This document shows positions 37,105 to 48,924 of a stretch of DNA of 58,315 bases, piece by piece. This stretch comes from Octopus sinensis (Eukaryota). A program made the translations under genes and the position numbers. Numbering within the stretch: position 1 is the stretch's first letter; every line of letters begins with the position of its first letter. Below the pieces are notes generated by a model that searched no databases, was not told where the DNA came from, and worked only from the letters and a program-made list of their open reading frames with translations. The stretch spans positions 1 to 58,315 of the forward strand of contig NW_021833306.1 in assembly GCF_006345805.1 (NCBI RefSeq). Direction: 5' to 3'.

Positions 37105-37695
37105 TTGTAGAGCACCAGAAATGGGGTTTGAGTGTGGAAAGACGTGATATGAACACCAACCTGAAAGAATATTTGAATCAGTGAGTTATCGACTCTTTAG
37201 GGATTTACCCATACAAACAGAAAAACACTTCGAGCACAACACACCTGATATCATAGTTGTTGAGGAAATCCACAAGATATGTCTCCTTATTGGCCCATCA
37301 TGTCTATTCGACACATGAATAGAACGTAAAGAAGAAGAAAAGTTGACAAATTATAAAAAAAAGTTTAAGTGTGAAGTGATTAAAACGTGGAAAATAACGA
37401 CGGCAACTATCATACCAGTAGTTGTAGGAGTATTAGGAACAGGAGAGGGAAACACTGCAAAATGGGTACAGAAGGTCGAAAAAATTGCGAGAAAGAGCTA
37501 TTGCATAGAGTATGCTTATTGGGAACATCTAAAATATTACGAAGGTCAATCGATGATCAGATTGTGTAAAATGAATAGAAAAGGCAAAGAAAATGTTGTT
37601 TGAGGCCTATCACTGCTGCTGCTTGTAGCCTGCTATTAGAGAAGAAAAGTAACCAAGTTATAAGAACCAGTCTGAGAAAGAAAGAAAACACAATA
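37105..37695 (+). pseudogene. RLE LINE 3' fragment (another family)
   Basis: HNTPDIIVV and ATIIPVVVGVLG segments. Confidence 0.75.
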
Positions 37696-38232
37696 ATAAT
37701 CTAACATCGACTAAGACGGCCTGAAATTTGGCGGGGTGGGGAGATTAGCCGATTATATCGACCTCAACATTTTACTGGTACATTATTCTATTGACCCTGG
37801 AAAAACAGGCGTTCTTCATTATACAAGAATTCAACCTTTCGAGATTATTACCAGACTAATGCGTATCGGAATTTCCTTGCAGGAAACAGAAATATCACTC
37901 TCGACTTACTTTCCTTTTCAAAAGTTTTTTCCAACGTTGACCGACATAGGTTCAAGATCAACAGTAATCACTTCAATGTCAGCCAGTCTGATGTGGGGTT
38001 GGTAATGACCTGAAAATGTCATGGTTGCCGTCGCTCCACTTCTGACATTAATTAGCAAAAAGTTCGTTTTCTTTATTCACCCTCTGTCAATCAACCATCA
38101 AGAAAAAATAACAAAACTTCAATGTATGTAACAAGCTACTGTCAAGGACACTAAATAAATTATATATCATTTTTACATTACATATAGTAATGAAAATTAT
38201 GTTGAAGTTATATAGAATCCTATTACAAAATA

Positions 38233-39207
38233 CAGGCGTACTTACGTCGGGAATTGCTTCCAAGGTATACGACTTAACTCAACAAACAACATAAAGCGAA
38301 TAAATATTTCAAAAAATTTATCAACCTATATTTGTTTTAGTAAATGGATTTTACTTAAGGCGTCGAGCTGGCAGAAACGGTAGCCGTATTTCGTCTGCCT
38401 TTACGTTCTGAGATCAAATTCCGCCGAGGTCGACTTTGCCTTTCATCCTTTCGGGGTCGATAAATTAAGTACCAGTTACGCACTGGGGTCGATGTAATTG
38501 ACTTAATCCCTTTGTCTGTCTATGTTTGTCACCTCTATGTTTAGCCCCTTGTGGGCAATAAAGAAATAAGGAATGTTAGCACGCCTGACAAAATGCTTAA
38601 CGGTATTTCGTCCGCCGTTCTGAGTTCAAATTCCGCCGGGGTCGACTTTGCCTTTCATCCTTTCAGGATCGATTAAATAAGTACCAGTTACGCACTGGGG
38701 TCGATAATATCGACTTAATCCGTTTGTTTTTCCGCTCTGTGTTTAACCCCTTGTGGGTAGTAAAGAAATAGGTATTTCGCCTGACTTTACGTTCTGAGTT
38801 CAAATTCAGCCGAGGTCGCCTTTTCTTTTCATATTTTCGGGGGCCGATAAATTAAGCACCAGTTGCGTACTGGGGTCGATCCAATCGACTGGCTCCCTGA
38901 CCCAAAATTTCGGCCCTTGAGCCTAGAGTAGGAAAGAATAAATGGCTTTTACATATTTTCACATGTAAAAATATGTTTAAGCCATTTATCAAAACAGATA
39001 ACGGTTGATAAAATTTGGTTTTCCTCTTCAGTATCGGTTTTTAGGTGTATTTTTTAGAATTGTTATTCTTTCAAATATGTTTTTTGCGACGGATAAATCG
39101 ACTGAAGTTTGGGTTTAATTTTTTTTTTTGCAATTTCTAAAAAAAAAAAAAAAAACCTAATGTCGAAAAAGACGTAACTCAAAATGACGTAAATTGCAGT
39201 ACGCCTG
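38233..39207. mobile_element. Tigger/pogo-like MITE hosting a SINE trimer
   Basis: TIR CAGGCGTAC..TTACGTC at 38233 and its inverse ending at 39207. TA on both sides (38231-32 and 39208-09). Confidence 0.75.
38357..38938 (+). mobile_element. Meta-domain SINE trimer with one TSD
   Basis: Three Meta cores in tandem. TSD TAAATGG(A/C)TTTTAC at 38341-38354 and 38939-38952. Confidence 0.85.
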
Positions 39208-39285
39208 TATATTGGCGGAATGAATATTCCCTTAGAATAATAATGTAGCTTGATTTAGCTTAGATTTCATATTGCGTTTCGTATG

Positions 39286-39305
<20 letters not shown>

Positions 39306-39319
<14 letters not shown>

Positions 39320-39407
39320 TAAGGGTAGAAATTGATATTTATCAATTAAGACCTTAATTGGTCTTAATTGATAAATATCAATTTCTACCCTTAATTAATT
39401 TTATATA
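39306..39407. repeat. Perfect inverted repeat, 48-bp arms, 6-nt spacer
   Basis: 39306-39353 is the exact reverse complement of 39360-39407. Confidence 0.95.
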
Positions 39408-39597
39408 AATAAATATGTTCTCTAACCGATAAATTAACTGCTGCTAAGTATTAGCTGCAGGCTAATTTTCTCGGGTTCCAACGCGCCAAAGTAGAGGCAT
39501 TTGAAAGATATATTCTAATGTAATAGGCTGAACTCCATGCACGCGATATTTCGGTATCGTGTTTGCATCTAGTCCATCAAATTACATTTATAACGGA

Positions 39598-39662
39598 CCA
39601 TGCTGATGATGGCTGCAGTTTTCCTTGCGGAAAATAACAGCTGAAACTAATTTAGTACATGG
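39598..39662 (+). ncRNA. Type I hammerhead ribozyme
   Basis: CCATG-CTGATGA-T-GGCTG[TTTTCC-TTGC-GGAAAA]CAGCT-GAAA-CTAATTTAG-TA-CATGG; GUA triplet. Confidence 0.8.
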
Positions 39663-40299
39663 GTAATTATTTTATTTCGTATATTTTTCACTTGTTTATT
39701 GCTATGGTTTTGTGTTGAGTTTGATCTGAGAACATAATCTTTTGTGGTGAATGGCGATTTGACGTCTATATCTAGCATGTTGACTGTCCACTTTTCGTGT
39801 TCAGTCCTTAATTGGTATATATATATATATATATATATAAAAGAGATGTGACTAACTGTGAAATAAACTCAAATCAAATTAATCCGAAGATTTGTTGATA
39901 CGGTCCTTTATGCAGAATAACATCGAAGCGGGGTGGTTAAATGGATCTTGATGCCAGCTAATCAATCAGAAACGTAGAAACCGAATATCAATGCTGTTTG
40001 GCAACTTCACCAAGATCTTGAGATGAGCCTCGGTGCTTCATTTTCACATCGAGGTTTTATGTTTTAAAAGCGCAACAGGCACATTATTCACAAATGCAAA
40101 ATGTATACAAGCACATACATACACATATACATACGTGCACACACGCACACAGAGGCGTTAAACGTGAGTTGTTTACCATTCATATATCTTCTGTATCTTA
40201 ACGATCCCCTCGTAGAGTATCTCAGCCGCTAGGCACAAACGAACAATGGGTCGAAAAGATCATAGCGAATAATAAAGTCTCGTCAACTCCATTTCTTTT

Positions 40300-40548
40300 T
40301 CTCTCATATCCAGGTCATTTCATCATATTCAACCGTTAATCCCTACACACTGTTTTCGCTCTCCGTTTTCTTTGTTTGTTTTCTTTTTTTTTTTTTTACG
40401 TTCTCCATTTTTTTCTTCTCAACCCTTTCTGCGTAAGATCGAAACGTCAAAGACTTTTCCATTCTTCCCGAGCGTCAAAATAAAACACCTGCATGTTCTT
40501 CCCACACCTGTCTTCGTCTTTTGTTTTCTGTAAATTGGAACTGCATAT
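40300..40548 (+). repeat. PLE pseudo-LTR-like fragment with degenerate hammerhead remnant
   Basis: TCGAAACGTC remnant at ~40438-40449 resembles the motifs at 41311 and 57330, but the CUGANGA half is lost. Confidence 0.4.
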
Positions 40549-41124
40549 ATAGCTATTTAATGCTATTGCGCCTGCGATCCACCTATGTCACTGTTGGTGA
40601 TATCATCAATTTTAAAATTTATCCACAGATCACATGAACAGTAGTGACAGCTGATTTCAAATTTCAGTGTTTGAATGTTTTGCTTATAAAATTTTATGCA
40701 CTATGTTGCAGTCAGAGTTTAAAGTGACAGTTGTGGATTATGACCCAGTAGGCCACACTGACGAGGCTCAGGGTTTAAATACTCAGAAGCCGAAACCTGG
40801 TATGTGGATATCCTTGATTGCATAATATTTTTTTTTGGTGCTGTTAAATGTTTTAATTCTTTCTGTTTTCCTCGCATACTGTTTTTCTCTGTTATCCTGG
40901 TGCGGTACGGTGGATAAATTTAAGACTTTGGCTCTTATTTCTAGCAGGTGGATGCTTGTTAAGCATCCTAACGCTTCGTACAAATTTATAATTCATAGGT
41001 ATTTAATGTTATTGCGCCTGCGATCCACCTATGTCACAGGTGGGGATATCATCAATTTTAAAATTTATCCACAGATATGAACAGTAGTGACAACTGATTT
41101 CAAATCTCAGTGTTTGAATGTTTT
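40549..41124 (+). repeat. ~130-bp direct repeats with 446-bp period enclosing a hammerhead
   Basis: 40549-40681 and 40995-41124 align with a few substitutions and one 3-bp indel. Confidence 0.9.
40753..40807 (+). ncRNA. Type I hammerhead ribozyme, canonical core
   Basis: CCACA-CTGACGA-GGCT[19 nt]AGCC-GAAA-CCTGG-TA-TGTGG. Predicted cleavage after A40802. Confidence 0.85.
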
Positions 41125-41126
41125 AC

Positions 41127-41206
<80 letters not shown>

Positions 41207-41310
41207 AAGTTAATCCAAACATGAAAACACAAAGAGAAAACACAACAACGCGAGGACGTGGAACAAGTATAGTATTATTGGACGCTCAGGAAAGGAAAGA
41301 AAGAAGGAGG

Positions 41311-41345
41311 ATTTAACGTTTCGAGCGGAGCTCTTCGTCAGAAAC
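41311..41345 (-). ncRNA. Minimal type I hammerhead (PLE-type)
   Basis: GTTT-CTGACGA-A-GAGC-TCC-GCTC-GAAA-CG-TT-AAAT; palindromic AACGTT. Confidence 0.65.
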
Positions 41346-41551
41346 ATAGGAAAAGGAAAGATCCAAGGAAGGGAAGACGGAGGAAAAAAAATCGCCAACT
41401 ATACACACGCGGTCACACACACGTAAATATTGAACAATGAGAATTAGTGTGATTGGCTTGAAGGATGGTTAAGATATTTTCTTAACATGAAACCAATGGT
41501 AACCTTAATACACAAATAAAGTATACACACACACATACACACGCGCATACA

Positions 41552-41601
<50 letters not shown>

Positions 41602-42077
41602 AACACACATGACAGCTTTGCCTTCGGTGTCGACCAAATAAGTACCTTTTGAGCACTAGAGCCGAAGTAATCGACTTACCCGTCCGACGAGGTTGCTGGC
41701 CTTGGGCCAAAATTTGAAACCATTATAAAGAAATTCAAAAGTCATTATTTCTTTTCTAGGCAGGGTACTTATTGCTTACGGCGACATTTGAACTTAGAGA
41801 ATTTTCGAACGGGTAGAACCTCACCATGTTCAAAGCAAACATATACTTTTATTCATATTTTGTATTTGTTTTTCATTAATGGATTTCTGACATAAAACGT
41901 CAGATTTTGTTTATTTGTATGTAAATGGGTGTGCGTATATTGTTATGAGTATATGTATGAGCGTATGTGTGTGTATGAGTGTATGAGTGTATGCTCGTAT
42001 GTATATGTGTCTATATGTGTATTAATGTAATCTATGTATGTATGCGCATGCGTATAGGTACAAAAAACTATTTAATA

Positions 42078-42116
<39 letters not shown>

Positions 42117-42139
42117 CAATATATATGTATATATGTATG

Positions 42140-42194
<55 letters not shown>

Positions 42195-42338
42195 GCACAC
42201 ACATATATATATGTATATATGTATGTGTGTATATATATATATATACATATATATAATACATGCTGACATGCAAGCTGACACACGCACAAACACACATACA
42301 TATACTCATAACCCTCTGTGTGTGTGTGTTTGTGTGTG

Positions 42339-42372
<34 letters not shown>

Positions 42373-42753
42373 CATGTGTGTGTGGCTATATCCATGTATC
42401 TGTGTGCAGTTATGCCTCCATCGTCTTTATTTTAAAACTAGATTAAGCTTCGTAATTAATTGTTTGTTATAACTAATCGTTTGTATTAACGGTATTCATC
42501 CGTATAACCAATTTCATGGAACATAAACATCACCAGCTTCACTCCCCATATCGTAAACTCTCCTCTCACCCCATCTCTCTCTGTTCCTCTCTCTCACTCT
42601 CTATCTATCTCTCTCTCTCCCTCACTCTCACTCCCGTCTTTCCTTTTTGGTTGAATTCCTTTAAATATGTTTTGTGTCTATATGAACACATTCCAGGAAG
42701 CCTTAGTTATATTTAAAGCCATGTGTGTGTGCGTGTGCGCGTGCGAGTCTGTT

Positions 42754-42818
<65 letters not shown>

Positions 42819-43106
42819 TCTTTTGCGCTTTTGTTTCAGCCGTTTGGCTGTGGCCCTACTGGAGTAACGCCGTAAGGAGTTTTAGCCGAAAAAATCGACC
42901 GCAGGACTTATCCAAGATAATCCTGGTACTTATTCTATCGGTGTCTTTTGCCGAACCACTAATTTACAGGGACGTAAACACACCAACATCGGTTGTCAAG
43001 CGATGGCGGAAGGACAAACTCAAAGACACACACACAAACTCATATATGTATATGTGTGTATATATATATATATTTATGTGCATGTATATATATATATAGA
43101 TATACA

Positions 43107-43156
<50 letters not shown>

Positions 43157-43158
43157 CC

Positions 43159-43189
<31 letters not shown>

Positions 43190-43268
43190 AGAGGGGCTTC
43201 TTTCAGTTTCCCTCTACCAAATCCACTCGCAAGGATTTGGTCGGCCCAAGGCTATTGTAGAAGACAAC
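42819..43268 (-). mobile_element. SINE family A, 5'-truncated
   Basis: Tail, internal microsatellite and part of the head. Confidence 0.8.
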
Positions 43269-43880
43269 TGAAAATAACACTGATAGGCGCTGGCGTGTCT
43301 GTGTGGTAAGTAGCTTGCTTACCTTATTGCTACCTCATTGCGCATGTGCGAATTAGAGTTGTGTTTGATACCGAAGATGTAAGACTCGTTTTTGAAAGCC
43401 GTCTTAAATTGAAGACTTTTGAAATTCAGCCATAAGGTAAGAATTTTGGAGGTCTAGTGTATGTCGCAAATTATTTTTACAAACAAGAAGTCCTCACTAG
43501 ACTCTAGTCTGCCTGAGGCTGAGTGAAAATATTATTCACTTAATTGTGAAAATTATTAGTTTGGTGGGCGTATCCTGCCAAAGTTTTTAGTTTGAAAATA
43601 GTGTTGTTCCTGTTAAGGAGTACCTAGAAGAAAATTGGAATGATTTTTTTTAACTGTTTTACAATTGCGTTAAATTTTGGCCCGGAGTACCAAGTGGTCT
43701 TTGCTGTATTTTGAACTGTTGCTCCCTCTGTTTCTATCTTTGATTTAAAAAAAAAAAACTTTATGGAACTATTAATTTTTTCTCTCCCTTCCTTTTGTTT
43801 GGATTTTTTTCCTCTTCCTTCTTTTTCTTTAATTGTTTTATATTTTAACAACTGTATTTTTGGACTCTTTTAGAAAAAAC

Positions 43881-44897
43881 ATGGCAAATAACAATGAAAA
43901 GTTGGTGGAGTGGGAAATTACACCACCCAAAAACTGGTTAAAAGAACTTAAAGTAAGATGGTGGTTTTGAGGACCTACTCTAGGAGCCCCACTGGATAGG
44001 AGATACTATCAGCCGGGGTCTGGGTGGCAGTAGCACCAAGCTCCTCAGCGTAAATATTCTGCCTGCGGCTGACTGGGAGGGGTCAAAAGTTGTTTTGACC
44101 CTATGGACCCAGTCAGCCGAAAGTCTGGTATTTCCAGACTTTTTGAGAATGGCCGGATCTAAGTATCTGGTGATACTTGAGGGACACTCCTCCCCCCAGT
44201 GTCATCTGTGCTTGGAGCCTGGCCATATAAAAAAGAACTGTTCTCAAGGGCAAAGCAAAGTCCCGGAGCGATTGACGGAGACCTCTCTAGAGAAGGGAAT
44301 GAAGGCGGCCGAAGAGACGGAGGACTCCTCAAAGAAGAGCCGCAAAAGGAAGAAGGAGAGCAATAATGGGTGCTCACCTAAGGATCCTGGGGATGAGGGA
44401 GGAGATGCGAATCTCCAAGTCACGGAGAAGTCGCTCCTCCCCAAGTCGAGAAGAAAAAAGAGGAAGAGGAGGAGAAACGGGATATTGCCGGCAGTCGGAG
44501 ACATGACGCCGGAGTGTTACGGAGCCTCGTCGGTTGTATCACCGGAGGGGGGAAAGAGACACCATTGGCGGGAATTGTGCCGCCACCGGTAAAATTGACC
44601 GACCCGGGCAAGATGGACCAGAAATTGTTGGTCTTCTTTTACAGAGGCGGAGAGGTGGAAAAGATAGTGAAAGAACACTACGAGGGAATACCTTTGGTCT
44701 TCACACAGGACTCCGAATGGCCTCCGCAGATAGCTGTGGTCGTCATAACGTTACGCCTGTTTATGATGCTGGACGGACTAAAAGAAGAATATCGCGCGTG
44801 GCCGGGTAACGCTAACTCGGACCCCGCCGTGATTTTAAACGAAGCATGGGTTATGGCGGAGTACACGGATACAAGCGATTATGAGGTGGAAAATTGA
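43881..44897 (+). pseudogene. Gag/ORF1-like frameshifted ORF with CCHC zinc knuckle (L1/Tx1-like ORF1?)
   Basis: GC-rich island. YLVILEGHSSPQCHLCLEPGHIKKNC (CX2CX4HX4C at 44200-44241) is followed by a basic/acidic tail. ATG at 43881; stops and frameshifts present. Confidence 0.65.
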
Positions 44898-45242
44898 TAA
44901 GAAGTTGAAAAGCCTCAGTGTTATAATGTGTAAGAGGCTCAGCGCCTCATTTGTAAATGGACTAGTGTTGATTGTATATTGAATATTTCATTGCATATTA
45001 ATATTTGTAATGGACTATTAAGTCCAAAAACTGTAAAAACTGTTGTGAGAGGTTCTATACCTCGCTTTGTTTATTCTGTTTAAAAGAAAAAGAGAACAAA
45101 GTTTTAGTGAAGAAGAAAATCGGCGGGCGTTTTTGCCTTCTCTCATCAATATCATCCTTATTTCACCATTCAGCTCATCAATGTATATGTCCAGCCCGCA
45201 GCTACTCTTTGTAATGCCTTTATGCCAAATTTTTATGAAATA

Positions 45243-45385
45243 AAGTAGCTTGCTTACCAGCCACATGGTTCCAGGTTCAGTCTCACTGTGTGGCACCTTG
45301 GACAAGTGTCTTCTACAATAGCCTCGTGTCGACCAAAGGTTTGTGGGTGGATTTGGTAGACGGAAACTGAAAGAAGCCAGTCGTA
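45243..45385 (+). mobile_element. SINE family A head
   Basis: GTAGCTTGCTTACC..GGTTCAGTC..CCTTGGACAAGTG..GAAACTGAAAGAAGCC. Confidence 0.8.
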
Positions 45386-45411
45386 TATATACATATATAT
45401 ATGTATATATA

Positions 45412-45477
<66 letters not shown>

Positions 45478-46025
45478 TATATATATGTATATATATATAT
45501 GTATATATATATATATACACACATACGCACACACCACACACACACAGATTGCGATTCGTAAATTGCCGCCATTTTATATTTTTAATTCGCGCATGTGCAT
45601 TGCTTGTTTTTGGTATATGTATATATGTGTGTGTGTGTATATGTATGTATGCATGTATGTATGTATGTATGTATGTATGTATATATATATATTATATAGG
45701 CATATAAGTTACATAGCGTATTTATGCATTTTCGTATATTTATATCTACTTCTGTTATGACAATGGATAGCTTTAAGAACTGTATTTGAAGGCAAGTGAC
45801 ATGAACCGGATCCTCCTGTTAAAACTAAAACGATTACATGGTGGGAGACACATATTAACCATTCAAAACACGCACAACGACATGACTTCACTTAATCATT
45901 CATAATTTGGTTTCAAAATTTTCGACGCACGAACTGTGATCTTGTCATTGACATAATTTCACCGTATTTAATTGTGAGCCTCTTGGGTGATACACACACA
46001 CACACATACCCATATATATATGTGC

Positions 46026-46058
<33 letters not shown>

Positions 46059-46081
46059 ATATATAGAGAGAGAGAGAGAGA

Positions 46082-46131
46082 GACCAAAGTGTGCGTACGC
46101 CGCTATATATCTATATCTATCTATCTATCTA

Positions 46132-46204
<73 letters not shown>

Positions 46205-46205
46205 G

Positions 46206-46271
<66 letters not shown>

Positions 46272-47343
46272 CAAAATGGGACAAGAACGCAAAACATCCA
46301 GACAGTTAGGTGATCCAAAAAGGGACAACAAAACATCCAGATAGACGATACAAAAAAAGCAAGGACGGGTCATTCGAAGTTTTCTTTCCTCGGTCGAATC
46401 CCAGATTACCTTTGCAATTTCAGCTTGTTGTACTCGAGATTGCTCCAATCTGGCCAGCTCCAAAGAAAAACTGCGCTAAGAGCATTAGATTCCTTGGAAG
46501 AAAGCAGCGAATGTATATGAAAACAAGGACGGATAAAAAACAGAGAAAATTACACAAATACAAATAACAGGACATAATAACAGGTATCTTTCAACTAAGG
46601 ACGAATTAAATTAAGGTGGCGTGTGTGGAAAAAAAAGCCTTACGGCAAGGATACATGATTTCACAGGCACATGGAGGAATATAGACGTTGCACGGACGAC
46701 GGCCAAACCAAGAAAGAAAGATCAGGTTTGGCCGAACACCGGTCATGTGGGGAGAGAAAAGAAAGAGAGGTAGAGGCAGTGGGGCAGAAGAATTAAGAAG
46801 AGGCGGGAAAAATGACAGGAACATAGTGAAGTGAAAAGAGAAGGAAAAGTGAGCAAGAGGAGAAGGCAGGGAAATGTGAGAGAGGGGAAACGAAAGAACG
46901 AAGAGTGGAATGAACGAATAAGCATGAAAGGGCTCAGAAAGAAAGAATATAGTCGTACAAGATTTAGATAAATATATATTTATATTTACATATAAGTGAC
47001 CAAGGTGTACATACGCCGCTATATATATAAATATATATATATATAATACAAAATGGGACAAGAACGCAAAACATCCAGGCAGGTAGGTGATACAAGAAAG
47101 GGACAACAAAACATCCAGATAGACGATACAAAGAAAAACAAGGACGGGCCATTCGGAGTTTTCTTTCCTCAGTGGAGCAATCTCGAGTATAACAAGCCGA
47201 AATTGCAAAGATAATCAGGAACTCTACTGAGGAAAGAAAACTCCGAATGACTCGTCCATGTTTACTTTGTATCGTCTATCTGGATATTTCGTTGTCTCTT
47301 TTTTGTATCACCTAACTGTCTGGGTGTTTTGCGTTCTTGTCCC

Positions 47344-47345
<2 letters not shown>
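46082..47345. mobile_element. PLE-like non-coding unit: partial tandem plus terminal inversion
   Basis: 46082/46270 segments are repeated at 46998/47050. 47055-47172 and ~47225-47345 are inverted copies. The spacer is the reverse complement of sequence in the first copy. Confidence 0.7.
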
Positions 47346-47438
<93 letters not shown>

Positions 47439-47714
47439 CATATATATATATACTACTACTACTAATACTACTACTACTAATATAGGATGAAGCCATTTTA
47501 CAGAAAAAACTTTCATCAGAAAATGTGGCAGCATGTTAAAATACCTTTAAGGTTAAAATTATAAACAAGGGCTAAAGAAAATGATTTCTATGCCAATATG
47601 CTGATAACAGACCTTTAAATCGTCAATTTCCACATATTATTTACTCGCTACAGAAAACACGTAGAGCTGGAATTGAGGAAAGCTGGCAAACAGGATTTTT
47701 TTAAAAGTTCGTTA

Positions 47715-47776
47715 TTTCTATATTGAATCAATTTCGGAATTAATCTCATAATAGATTTTTTCCTCTTCAGTAGAAA
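47715..47776 (-). ncRNA. Type I hammerhead, left-arm copy
   Basis: Exact reverse complement of 47900-47961. Confidence 0.75.
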
Positions 47777-47899
47777 ATACGAAAAGACATAAATGAAATA
47801 CTTACAAGCGCCCATGGAAAAAAGCCAAAGCGAAAATGATTTTTGCTTCGGCATTTTTCTATGGGCGCTTGTAAGTATTTCATTTATGTCTTTTCGTAT

Positions 47900-47961
47900 T
47901 TTCTACTGAAGAGGAAAAAATCTATTATGAGATTAATTCCGAAATTGATTCAATATAGAAA
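47900..47961 (+). ncRNA. Type I hammerhead, right-arm copy
   Basis: TTTCTA-CTGAAGA-GGAA[AATCT..AGATT]TTCC-GAAA-TTGA(T)TCAA-TA-TAGAAA; AUA triplet. Confidence 0.75.
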
Positions 47962-48119
47962 TAACGAACTTTTTAAAAAATCCTGTTGGCCAGCTTTCCT
48001 CAATTCCAGCTCAACGTGTTTTCTGTAGCGAGTAAATGATATGTGGAAATTGACGATTTAAAACTCTGTTATCAGCATATTGGCATAGAAATCATTTTCT
48101 TTAGCCCTTGTTTATAAGT

Positions 48120-48161
<42 letters not shown>

Positions 48162-48746
48162 GTATTTTAACGTGTATAAGGAACCATGTATGTTTGTATG
48201 TATGTACGAATGTATACATATATATATACACACACACATATACCCGTTGCATAATTTTGGGGTTTTTTACCTTTTTCTAAATCAATTCGTTCTGGTTGTT
48301 TACTTATAACTGGTCCGTTGACTTTGGGTCTTCGTAGAGTCTCGCGAATTATCTCATCTTTCTTTCCTTCTTTCTTCCTTCCGTCCTATTTTTGGCATTG
48401 TATACAGCGATTCTAAAGATTAACAATCTGGATGAAATTATAAGGCATGACATTATTATCAATTGTTTGTTAAAAGCAAATTCAATTGAACATCTTCAAT
48501 TAGGTTGACTTAACAAATAGTAAATTTCCTCCACTGTTTGAATTCTATAAATACACTTTCTCCCACTTCTCTTCACTATATGTAAGGTCAATACTTCGGC
48601 TCCCAGCTTCTTCATTATACCAAATTACCACTGTTTACAAATGGCATTGCCTCGTACTAAATACTCATCTATATTTAAGATGAGGAATTATGTACATTAT
48701 TTACATTATTTACATTTGAAGGATATTTGTCCTCTTATTTGTTGTT

Positions 48747-48792
48747 AACACAACGTTTCGGTTGATATACCCTCCAGCCTTCATCAGGTGTC
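48747..48792 (-). ncRNA. Minimal type I hammerhead, same family as 14420
   Basis: GACAC-CTGATGA-A-GGCTG..CAACC-GAAA-CG-TT-GTGTT, with one stem II mismatch. Confidence 0.6.
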
Positions 48793-48924
48793 TTGGGGAA
48801 ATTTTGAACCTGGGTTCTCATTCCTAAGGTATTTTTCGGTGTTATTATGAAATATAAAAATAAAGCTGTGTACACAAACAACGAGAGAAACAAATGGAAA
48901 ACAAGACAACTAACATAACGAACG

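Larger units (their letters stand above)
47559..48117. repeat. 559-bp foldback palindrome centred on 47838
   Basis: Arms pair without indels, with about 10 mismatches in 279 bp by manual count. Confidence 0.95.

Noticed and set aside
37910-38041. Minus-strand exon with good AG and GTAAGT signals (100 or 132 nt)
   Set aside because: All three frames contain a stop. It cannot be supported without RNA-seq.
47227-47260. CTGAGGA..GAAT motif repeated in three copies
   Set aside because: All copies have GAAT instead of GAAA, with no valid stem II or III.
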